Shown here piece by piece: positions 30,731-39,772 of a DNA stretch of 64,000 bases; positions within the stretch are counted from its first letter, which is position 1; every line of letters starts with the position of its first letter. The stretch covers positions 99,398 through 163,397 of the forward strand of contig JBEKWS010000006.1 in assembly GCA_049512815.1 (NCBI GenBank). Direction: 5' to 3'. Source of the DNA: Bacteroidales bacterium. GTDB lineage: Bacteria > Bacteroidota > Bacteroidia > Bacteroidales > VadinHA17. The notes beneath the pieces are model-generated. The model worked only from the letters and a program-made list of their open reading frames with translations. It was not told the origin of the DNA and did not search any database. A program made the position numbers and the translations under genes.

Positions 30731-33229
30731 TCAAATACAGTTTATCTCGATTGTTGCTTCCTGTAAACCTTCTGCCGTAGCTTTTAATCGAATTTTACCT
30801 GCATTTCCTTTTGGTCTGAGAATGGTAAGGCACTTACCATGCCATGTTTTCTTCTGAGGCTGCTGGAAACTCGACATGTCTCTTGGACTTCCGCTGCCTA
30901 CTCCTGCGATCTCACCGTTGCCGTTCACTTCAAAGTTCACCAGAATATCGTCGGCGTTGTTGATCAGGATTCCCTCACTATCCAGTATTTCAACCATTAC
31001 ATAGGAAAGGTCGTTCCTATCAGTTTTTATCTCAGTGCGATCAGTAACCAATCTTATCGAAGCAGGTTTCCCAACAGTTTTTATTGTCTCGGAGGCGATT
31101 TCTGTGCCAATATTATCGTAACAGCGTGCAGTTAATGCCCCAGCCTCATAGGGCACATCAAAAGTGGCCGTTATTGAATTTTCGCCATCCACTGCCTGTT
31201 CGCCAATGATTTTACCATTGAGCTCCAGTTTCACCAATTTGCTGCGGGTATAAACATGTACCTGCAGTTTTTCATTTTCATGACCGGCCCAGCTCCAGCT
31301 CTTCAGCTCATCTGGCCAGCCCCAGGGACTGACATTCTCTTTCATACCGGCAGGTATTGGCCTGTGTACAAGCATCTCAATCTTGCTCTGACGCCATACG
31401 ACAAGCTGGTGGTAATATCTAGGCTTGATATTGCCGATAAGGTCAATATCTCCCTGGAAATCATTAAACACGGGCCATGGGTCCATGCTGAAAAAACCAT
31501 CTGCACCCCCAGGTCCTCTTTCTGGCTTATTAGGAACATCCGGAACCAGTCGTGACAATCCAACACCAGCCTCACCAAGGTAATCCATAACTACCCAGGC
31601 AAAGTTGCCGATCACATAGGGATGTTTTTCTACCATTTGCCAGTTCGCCAGCGAATAAAGTGGCATGAATTCGGTGGCGACCATTACACGTTTGGGATAT
31701 TTCTCATGATCTGCTTCATACCTGCTGTACATATAATTATACCCGACAACATCAAGCAAGCCAATATGAGATGCCGACTCATCCCACCTGCTTTTACGAC
31801 CCATCATGGCATCAAAATCGTTAAAAGCCTCAGTAACGGCACGCGTAGTGTCCAAGCTGCGGATTTCACCAGTAAGCAGGGTAGCTATCCTTAAGCCTGC
31901 TGTATCAAGGGCTTCATTTATTTCATTTCCGATGCTCCACATGATCACTGCAGGATGGTTCCGGTCGCGAAATACAATGGATCTCAAATCTTTTTTCCAA
32001 TTGGTTTTGAAATAATTGGCATAGTCATCTTTGTTTTTCGTTATTTCCCACATGTCAAAAGCCTCATCAATAACTAGCATGCCTATCCGATCGCAAACAT
32101 CAAGCAGATAGGGTGACGGTGGGTTATGGCTGCAGCGTATGGCATTGTAACCATATTTCTTTAATAGCTCAATTTTGCGCTCTTCAGCACGGTCGATTGC
32201 TACAGAACCCAGGGGGCCATTGTCGTGGTGATAGCAACCCCCTTTCAGTTCAATATTTTTGCCATTCAGCGTAAAGCCTGTTTGGGCATTGAACTTTAAG
32301 GAACGAATCCCAAAAGAGGTGGTAAGATTATCAGTTACCTTATTCTGGTTTAAAATCGTCACTTTTACCTTATAAAGATAGGGTGTTTCAATCGACCAGA
32401 GTGACGGGTTATCAACAGTAATATTTTGTTTTATTTCTGTTGATTCACCTGAATTAAGTGAAATGTTGTTTTTCGTAGTCCCTACAACCTGACCCGAAGG
32501 GTTAATGATCTGGGTTTGTAAAGTAATAGTATTGTTATTTCCTGAATTTAAAACTGTCGATAATATTACAATCCCGGCTGATTTGTCGGTAATAACAGGA
32601 GTGGTAATATAAACTCCCCATACACCTATATGCTCGGGTTCAACCATTGTAAGCCACGTATGGCGGTATATCCCCGATCCTGAGTACCAACGAGAGTTTT
32701 TACCTTCATTTTTCACCTGTACGGCAACGACATTTGGTTTTCCTGCCGGGTTCAAATAAGATGTGATATTATAATAGAACGAGGTATAACCATAAGGATG
32801 GTTGCCAACATGTTTGCCGTTGATCCAAACGTCAGAGTTCATGTATATACCATCAAAGTTCAGGTATACAATTTTTTCTTCGTTGGCTTTATCAATAGTA
32901 AATGTTTTCCTGTACCATGCTGTACCTCCAACGGTATAGCCTGTTGACATTTTACCGATGGAACCTTTCGTAAACGGACCAATGACACTGTCACTCTGAT
33001 TAGGCAGGTCCTCGATACTCCAATCGTGCGGCAGGTCAAGTGTTCTCCATCCGGAGTCATTAAAACCTGAGTTTTCGACACCCGAAGGATTTGCTTTAAT
33101 GAATCGCCATCCCCCATCAAAAGACAAGGTTGGAGGCTTTTCATTTACGCCAGATTTTTTACATCCTGAGTTCCCAATTATTAACAATAATAAAATTAAA
33201 ATAATTCCTTGGGGCATCAGATTTTTCAT
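30731..33229 (-). CDS. GH2-family glycoside hydrolase (beta-galactosidase-like)
   Basis: 832 aa with lipobox IGNSGC. Motifs are GWRTLDLPHDWSIED, GGTAWYRKTF, RCSHNPPSPYLLDVCDRIGMLVIDEAFD and the acid/base motif MWSIGNEINE. Confidence 0.85.
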   Translation of the reverse strand: MKNLMPQGIILILLLLIIGNSGCKKSGVNEKPPTLSFDGGWRFIKANPSGVENSGFNDSGWRTLDLPHDWSIEDLPNQSDSVIGPFTKGSIGKMSTGYTVGGTAWYRKTFTIDKANEEKIVYLNFDGIYMNSDVWINGKHVGNHPYGYTSFYYNITSYLNPAGKPNVVAVQVKNEGKNSRWYSGSGIYRHTWLTMVEPEHIGVWGVYITTPVITDKSAGIVILSTVLNSGNNNTITLQTQIINPSGQVVGTTKNNISLNSGESTEIKQNITVDNPSLWSIETPYLYKVKVTILNQNKVTDNLTTSFGIRSLKFNAQTGFTLNGKNIELKGGCYHHDNGPLGSVAIDRAEERKIELLKKYGYNAIRCSHNPPSPYLLDVCDRIGMLVIDEAFDMWEITKNKDDYANYFKTNWKKDLRSIVFRDRNHPAVIMWSIGNEINEALDTAGLRIATLLTGEIRSLDTTRAVTEAFNDFDAMMGRKSRWDESASHIGLLDVVGYNYMYSRYEADHEKYPKRVMVATEFMPLYSLANWQMVEKHPYVIGNFAWVVMDYLGEAGVGLSRLVPDVPNKPERGPGGADGFFSMDPWPVFNDFQGDIDLIGNIKPRYYHQLVVWRQSKIEMLVHRPIPAGMKENVSPWGWPDELKSWSWAGHENEKLQVHVYTRSKLVKLELNGKIIGEQAVDGENSITATFDVPYEAGALTARCYDNIGTEIASETIKTVGKPASIRLVTDRTEIKTDRNDLSYVMVEILDSEGILINNADDILVNFEVNGNGEIAGVGSGSPRDMSSFQQPQKKTWHGKCLTILRPKGNAGKIRLKATAEGLQEATIEINCI

Positions 33230-33596
33230 ATTTATAGCTTTTGATTCTGAAGAAAGATACGTTTAAAATTTCAAGAAATCAAAGAGATTTATAGATATAC
33301 ATATTTGCCTAAAATGAAGATTGCACTTTGCAAGCCCTTCATTATTACAATTAAAAATTAAATATAACGTAGAAATGAGGTTTTCAATCTGTCAAATGTA
33401 ATCTGGCTTGCCCACAAACGGCACAAATCGTTTTTCCTGAAAATTGTTATGAAAACTACAATTTGAAATTGAAGATTTAGTGAATTTGAAGTTTGAAATC
33501 CAAAGGAAAGTAATCTCCTTATTGATGAAATTTTGTAACTTCATATCGACTTATTACTTTGACAATTATGATAATTTTTAAAAAATACTTAAGATT

Positions 33597-35738
33597 ATGT
33601 TGACAGGATTAGTAATTCTATTAGGATTTCTAGTGATTGCTTTCTTAATTTTAAAAATTAACCCAAAACCAAAAATAATTGCCCTGGAAAGGAGGGTCGT
33701 CTCAGTAGATGAGATAGATAAAATGGCGCTCAAAGCTGTTGGACAGATGACAATTGAAGAGAAGGTGCAGATGATGTCCCCTAGGTTGAAAAGTATGCTT
33801 AAATTTGGACTTGAGATGTTGGGTGATGGGGGCAAATATAATCATCATTCCTATCAGGCAGGTGGCAATAAAAGGCTCGGAATTCCAACTATAAGGTTCT
33901 TTGACGGTCCAAGGGGTTTGGTATGTGGACAGGCCACATGTTTTCCGGTATCAATGAGTAGAGCTGCTTCATTTGATCCAGAGCTGGAATTCAGGATAGG
34001 AAAAGCCATTAGTGAGGAAATAAGGGCCAGCAAGGGAAACTATTTTGGAGGTGTGTGTATCAATCTATTGCGTCATCCGGCAGGAGGAAGAGCTCAGGAA
34101 GAATATGGTGAAGATTCTTATCTGACTGGTCAAATGGGATCCTCTCTGATGAAAGGAGTTCAGACCAATAATGTAATGGCATGCATAAAACATTATGCTT
34201 TAAATAACCAGGAAAATACAAGATTTAAGGTAAATGTAAATGTTGATGAGCGGGTGCTCCGTGAGGTCTATCTGGCTCATTTTAAAAAATGTGTTGAGGA
34301 TGGTGCAGCAAGTCTGATGGGTGCATACAACAAGTTCCGTGGTGAACAGGCCTGCGCGAGTTCTTATCTTCTCACCAAAGTATTAAGAGAAGACTGGGGA
34401 TTTAAAGGTTTTACTGTCAGCGATTTTGGATGGGGAGTCCGTAACACACAAGAATCAGCGACAGCAGGTCTTGCCATCGAGATGCCTGCAGTAACATTCT
34501 ATGGAAAAAAACTGGTCAAAGCGGTAAATGATGGAAGAGTGACTGAACATTTCATTGATGAAAGCGCTTTTCAAATTGCAAGGACTGTTTTAAAATTTGA
34601 AACCGCTCCTGATCCTCTTACAGAATATCCAAAATCTCTGCTCGGATACAAGGAACATATATCTCTTGCCCTTGAAACAGCTGAAAAATCGATTGTGCTG
34701 ATGCAAAATTTCCACTCTGTGCTGCCCTTTGATAAAACCAAAATAAAGAAAGTCCTTGTAGTAGGTAAACTTGCCAGGACCAAAAATATAGGTGATCATG
34801 GTTCCAGTCGGGTAAGACCAGAATATGTCGTAACACCGTTGAAAGGTCTGACCAGCCAATATGGTTCAACAATAGACTTTTTATATGATAACGGAAATAA
34901 CATCTCCACATTAAAGAATAAAATAACAAAAGCTGATGCTGTTATATATGTGGTTGGTTATAATCATGATGATGAGGGAGAATTTGTTCCGATCAGCTGG
35001 TGGAGTTCCGGTGGTGACAGAAAAAGTATCCGGCTTCACGAAGACGAAAGCAGAATGCTCCGGGAAATAGGCTCTTTGAATCAAAACTCAGTCGCAGTGC
35101 TGACAGGTGGAAGTGCAATTATTATTGAAGAATGGAAAGAAAAGGTAAATGGCATTATTCATGCCTTCTATCCAGGCATGGAAGGAGGAACAGCTATCGC
35201 TAAAGTTTTGTTCGGCGACGTTAATCCAGGTGGAAAGTTACCTTTTACTGTGGCCAAAGATGAGAGTCAATATCCTGATTTTGATATAATGGCTACTGAA
35301 GTAAAATACGACAGGTATCACGGCTATATCAGGTTAGATCATGAAGGAAATAAAGCTGCTTTTCCTTTCGGATTCGGCCTATCATATACTGAGTTCACCC
35401 AGGATAGTATGATTGTTAAAGTTGAAGATGAACAAATTGTCTCTTCTATTAATGTTACAAATATCGGATCAAGAAAGGGTGACCAGGTTGTGCAACTCTA
35501 TATTGGCTTTGATAATTCTGAAGTTGAAAGAGAGCATAAATTGCTGGAAGGCTTTCAACGAGTATCACTGAATCCAGGAGAGAGTAAAAGAATCATTATT
35601 AAATGTCCTTTTGAAAAAATAAAATACTATAACCCCGGAACAAATTCCTGGATACTGGAAAAGATGGAATATCAGGTTTATATGGGATCCAGCAGTAATG
35701 AAAAAGATTTAATTAAAAATTCTTTTATTCTGACTTAG
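33597..35738 (+). CDS. GH3-family beta-glycosidase (beta-glucosidase/xylosidase-like) with N-terminal membrane anchor
   Basis: 713 aa. Motifs are KHYALNNQENTRF and GFKGFTVSDFGW (nucleophile Asp region), with a C-terminal FnIII-like region. Confidence 0.85.
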   Translation: MLTGLVILLGFLVIAFLILKINPKPKIIALERRVVSVDEIDKMALKAVGQMTIEEKVQMMSPRLKSMLKFGLEMLGDGGKYNHHSYQAGGNKRLGIPTIRFFDGPRGLVCGQATCFPVSMSRAASFDPELEFRIGKAISEEIRASKGNYFGGVCINLLRHPAGGRAQEEYGEDSYLTGQMGSSLMKGVQTNNVMACIKHYALNNQENTRFKVNVNVDERVLREVYLAHFKKCVEDGAASLMGAYNKFRGEQACASSYLLTKVLREDWGFKGFTVSDFGWGVRNTQESATAGLAIEMPAVTFYGKKLVKAVNDGRVTEHFIDESAFQIARTVLKFETAPDPLTEYPKSLLGYKEHISLALETAEKSIVLMQNFHSVLPFDKTKIKKVLVVGKLARTKNIGDHGSSRVRPEYVVTPLKGLTSQYGSTIDFLYDNGNNISTLKNKITKADAVIYVVGYNHDDEGEFVPISWWSSGGDRKSIRLHEDESRMLREIGSLNQNSVAVLTGGSAIIIEEWKEKVNGIIHAFYPGMEGGTAIAKVLFGDVNPGGKLPFTVAKDESQYPDFDIMATEVKYDRYHGYIRLDHEGNKAAFPFGFGLSYTEFTQDSMIVKVEDEQIVSSINVTNIGSRKGDQVVQLYIGFDNSEVEREHKLLEGFQRVSLNPGESKRIIIKCPFEKIKYYNPGTNSWILEKMEYQVYMGSSSNEKDLIKNSFILT

Positions 35739-35821
35739 AAATAATAAAAATCTGAATTTGGGAAAAGTTATTGATCAAAAAGACTCAGACTTTTGTTTGA
35801 GAACCATACATTATTTCGACC

Positions 35822-35874
35822 GGTTGCAACTTTTATTCGTTGGAGGTACCAAAACAGAGCGAGAGTTTTTCTGC
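35822..35874 (+). repeat. GGTTGCAAC-box intergenic repeat, copy D
   Basis: GGTTGCAACTTTTATTCGTTGGAGGTACCAAAACAGAGCGAGAG. The tail AACAGAGCGAGAG is shared with copy B. It lies between convergent genes. Confidence 0.65.
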
Positions 35875-35922
35875 AAAGAGGTAACCAAGGATCTACTTCT
35901 TGGCACCATACCAAAAAATTTC

Positions 35923-38900
35923 TTAATTCCCCCTACTTATTACTTGTATCGGCCCAAGCAAACCTGAGGTCTTTAATGGTGAATCTGATCTGTAAAACTG
36001 CATTGTTGTATATGTTATCTTATCCCCGACTGTTGGTTGCTGATCACCAATTAAGCGATTAACCCATAGGTTGGTGACTTTTATTTCAACAGTGTTTTCT
36101 CCTTGCTTCAGTCCTTCAGTGATGTCAACCCTAAACGGAGTTTTCCAAACTATTCCCATTGACTTACCATTGATGATAACTTCTGCCAGCTCCTTCACGC
36201 TTCCAAGATCTAACCAGAGCCGTGTGCCCTCTTTAAACCACTCAGCCTTCGCAATAATAGCTTTTGTATATGTTGCAGTACCAGAAAAAAACATAATACC
36301 GGGATCACCGTTTTCATTCCATGGTTCAAGCTTTTCAAAAGTTGTATTTGCCGGGGCTCCCCGCTTTTTCTGGAAACTAATGTCCCATGGTCCTTCAATT
36401 GTTGCTACTTGCTTTTCCTTTGGTAAGACAACAGTCCTGCTCTTTTGACTGGTTTTGTTCCGGAATACAACAAATACAGCATCATTGGCTTCAAGGTTAA
36501 GAGGGACCCTGGTCACTCCTTTTTCTATTAAATAGGATGCTTGTTCAGTTTTTGCTGTCTCAGGATGCCATATCTCTGCAGTTTTACCTGTTATTCTGAA
36601 ACCAGCCACCAATTCCTCTTTTCTGCTGTTACGGTTGTTAACCCAGTAGAAATCTATATCACCAAGTTGACGATGAACAAACAACAGGTTTGTATTATCC
36701 TGAGGTTTTGCATATGTGAAATCAGGGATTATATTCAATGTATTCAAGATATTTACCAGAGGTTGCCCTGCAAAAATCTTTCCCTTGCCCATAGTATTTT
36801 GACCTTTTTCAGCAGGCCAGAGTTCATTTACTAATTTATTGAACTCACCCTGGTTGTCGCTGTAGCTTGGTGTATCTACCGGCTTTTCTCCCACCACAAT
36901 TGCTCCTTGCTTCACCATTTCACTTATCTTATGCAAAACAGGAAGGGACATATAGCGGCTGTTAGGATCCAGCACCAGAATTTTATAGCTCATGCCGCTT
37001 GGTGTAGTTATGAAACCATTATTTACTGAAAGAAGGTTAACAAGTGCATCGGCATTTACAAAATCATAATTATAGCCTTCAGGGATAGCGGGTAGCTTTT
37101 CACCAAATAGAGCTGTAATATTATTGTCTTCGCCATAGAAATATACTATATCGGCAATAAATCTGCCCTGTTGTAGCATGTATGAGCTTCTCGCAAGATA
37201 GTCTATCCATGGACCAGCTTGTTCAGCCCATGTCTCATGACGGGTAAACCATTGTCCGTAAGGACCAAGTCCCAGACCCGGAATTTTATCATTCACCGGC
37301 TGATGCACCGAAGTGTGTATAACGAAACGGTTAAGTCCATTGGCCAGCTCCATATCGGCAGTTGGTTTCAAACTCCCGGGCGACCATGCCCAGGCTGACC
37401 CGATAGCGGTCATTGATTCAGCTGCAACAAGGTTCTGCCCATAAATATGAGCTACAGAGGCAGATTCCCGAACATCCGCTTTATAGCGTGTCGCCACCTC
37501 TGTTCCAGGATCAAGTCCACGGGGAGTCCACGTGGCACTCATTGGAACTGCGGCTTTACGTTTTACTTCCATTCCGTCTCCAATAAAGGCACGTCCGCTT
37601 TCATGGGATTCGCTATAACGAAGCATGCCTCTTTCTTTAAGGATTTCGGTAAGCTGATCATAATGGTTTTCGGTAAGCAGATCTGCAAGGGTCTTTCTAA
37701 AGTCCCACAGGAAACGATCACTCTCTTTCGAATCCACAACAATGTTTCCGATCAGCACTGGAATCCATGGTAACATATTATAACCACGCCGTCTGGAAAA
37801 TTCAGCCATCATGTTATCAGTCCAGTTTTGAGTACCTGCTTCCCAACTGTCGGTGATCATGTATTGCAGCCCTTTTTTGCCCATCAGTCCTCCGGTGGCA
37901 TCCTTATATTGATCGAGGTAATTGTTGAAATATGCTTTTACATATGAGGCATTTAGTTTGTCCACTTCCAGTCCTGTCGCTTCAGGTGAGGCAGGTGAGT
38001 TCTTATGCCCTGTGAGAGAATATCCCAAACGAACAATGATCCAATTACCTTTCGGGGGAGTCCACTCAATAGTACCGTCGGGATTCATTTTAGAAGTCAG
38101 GTTGATCACTTCATCTTTTTTTACAACCTCGTTTGCTTTAACTTCAGGTGTTGGAGCAGAATAAAGGTCTGTAGCTGTGGCAAATGCAGCTTTTTCTTCA
38201 AAACGGTTTATACGGGCAATGGGGAAAAGTTCCAGCTCTGCAATTTCTGTGCCTTTCGGTTCCTCTGGCATTACCCCAGCATCGAATCCGAAAGCAGCCC
38301 CAATATTAAAAGCCGGCTTAGGCATGGGTGTTCTCCAGGTAAACCGGAAATACTTTGCTGTGACGGGATTGAAAGTCAAGGTATTTTGTTGTACACCTCC
38401 TAAAGTGATATCAACTACTTTTTTGAAATCCCGACCATTATCACTGGCTTCCAGTGCACGAGGGTTCTGGTCAGCGCCAAAGCCGAATTGTCCGGCGTAA
38501 CCTCCGCCTACGATAGAAAGTGCCTGCATGCACTGAGGTTGAGCGAATTCAAACATAATCCAGGCATTCTCTCCTGGTTTTGTATAGGGTAAAAAAGTTG
38601 AGGTTGTCAGATCACCATCTGTAAGGGCAGCAAGATTAAATTTTCCACCGCTTGAAGTCACTTTAGGTTTCAATTCAGCTAATGATAAATCAGAATCAGG
38701 AAGACGGAAAGCCACCACGGCTGCATCTGCATAATATTGTGGAGGTGCAACTTGCTGTGCCCCTGTTAAAGAAAATGCTTCCCTCAGGGCAAGGTTTTGA
38801 AAAGGACCTGTTGTGGAGGGAAGTTTGGGAAGCATTCCTTTAAACAGCTTACCTCCTTCAACCCTGGTTTCACTCCAGACGAATTTTTTCATGGCCTGAT

Positions 38901-39297
38901 CGAGTCTTACCCACGGGCCGCCACTCTCACTCCAGCCAGGGGAACCGGCAATTGCCATTTCGAGCTCCAGTGAATCGGCAAGGTGTGTAGTGAATCTGAA
39001 TGCATCTTTCCATTCAGGGGTCATGTACACTAACCGTTTTTTAACTATCTGTGGTGTCATAAGAGCAGCATCAAAATTCTGGAACCCCCCTATTCCGACA
39101 CGATGCATCCATTCGAGATCGGAACGTATTCCCTCTTTGGTTATATTGCCATTCATCCAGTGCCACCAAACCCTTGGCCGGGCACTGTTTGGAGGATTTA
39201 TAAATCCTGACTCGAGTTTTGAACCTATATTTTTATCAGAAACACCACAATGTGTTAATAATATTAAAATCAGCACATAAAGAATAACATTTTTCAT
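35923..39297 (-). CDS. GH106-like alpha-L-rhamnosidase
   Basis: 1124 aa. The N-terminal block FINPPNSARPRVWWHWMNGNITKEGIRSDLEWMHRVGIGGFQNFDA is characteristic of the family as I recall it. Confidence 0.7.
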   Translation of the reverse strand: MKNVILYVLILILLTHCGVSDKNIGSKLESGFINPPNSARPRVWWHWMNGNITKEGIRSDLEWMHRVGIGGFQNFDAALMTPQIVKKRLVYMTPEWKDAFRFTTHLADSLELEMAIAGSPGWSESGGPWVRLDQAMKKFVWSETRVEGGKLFKGMLPKLPSTTGPFQNLALREAFSLTGAQQVAPPQYYADAAVVAFRLPDSDLSLAELKPKVTSSGGKFNLAALTDGDLTTSTFLPYTKPGENAWIMFEFAQPQCMQALSIVGGGYAGQFGFGADQNPRALEASDNGRDFKKVVDITLGGVQQNTLTFNPVTAKYFRFTWRTPMPKPAFNIGAAFGFDAGVMPEEPKGTEIAELELFPIARINRFEEKAAFATATDLYSAPTPEVKANEVVKKDEVINLTSKMNPDGTIEWTPPKGNWIIVRLGYSLTGHKNSPASPEATGLEVDKLNASYVKAYFNNYLDQYKDATGGLMGKKGLQYMITDSWEAGTQNWTDNMMAEFSRRRGYNMLPWIPVLIGNIVVDSKESDRFLWDFRKTLADLLTENHYDQLTEILKERGMLRYSESHESGRAFIGDGMEVKRKAAVPMSATWTPRGLDPGTEVATRYKADVRESASVAHIYGQNLVAAESMTAIGSAWAWSPGSLKPTADMELANGLNRFVIHTSVHQPVNDKIPGLGLGPYGQWFTRHETWAEQAGPWIDYLARSSYMLQQGRFIADIVYFYGEDNNITALFGEKLPAIPEGYNYDFVNADALVNLLSVNNGFITTPSGMSYKILVLDPNSRYMSLPVLHKISEMVKQGAIVVGEKPVDTPSYSDNQGEFNKLVNELWPAEKGQNTMGKGKIFAGQPLVNILNTLNIIPDFTYAKPQDNTNLLFVHRQLGDIDFYWVNNRNSRKEELVAGFRITGKTAEIWHPETAKTEQASYLIEKGVTRVPLNLEANDAVFVVFRNKTSQKSRTVVLPKEKQVATIEGPWDISFQKKRGAPANTTFEKLEPWNENGDPGIMFFSGTATYTKAIIAKAEWFKEGTRLWLDLGSVKELAEVIINGKSMGIVWKTPFRVDITEGLKQGENTVEIKVTNLWVNRLIGDQQPTVGDKITYTTMQFYRSDSPLKTSGLLGPIQVISRGN

Positions 39298-39374
39298 AGC
39301 CTGTTTAATAAGTTATCCAATAATCAGTTTATAAATTTAACATTTTTATTTTTAATACAGTAGTACCCTCATCT

Positions 39375-39434
39375 TGTTGCAACTTTCGTCCGTTCGGGGT
39401 ACGGAGAAACCTCACAGAAATGTTAGGCTTTTTC
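39375..39434 (+). repeat. GGTTGCAAC-box intergenic repeat, copy E
   Basis: TGTTGCAACTTTCGTCCGTTCGGGGTAC, then the stem-loop CCTCAC-AGAAAT-GTTAGG, then CTTTTTC. Confidence 0.7.
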
Positions 39435-39772
39435 ATTCTCCAAAACGATTTTTTCGGAAAAGATACAATCAGGTAATCAACTTCCTGGAAGCGCCGTCTC
39501 AATTCATATAATATTCCAGAAGGATCTCCATCAGCAGAATTTCTTTCTCTATGTAATTCTTATACTGGTCGCCATGGACTTCACGTTTTAAAAAGACGAT
39601 CCTGGCACAGTTTTTTATATTGAATTTAAAAGATAAATTTGTATAATTACTTTTAAAAGCAAGGAAGCTATTTTAATAAACCAAAAACGTTATTATCAAT
39701 TTTTTACTGCGCCGGGGAGTGGTCAGATTTAATGACCTATGCATTCATTTAGATTATTTAAAAATCTAAAAT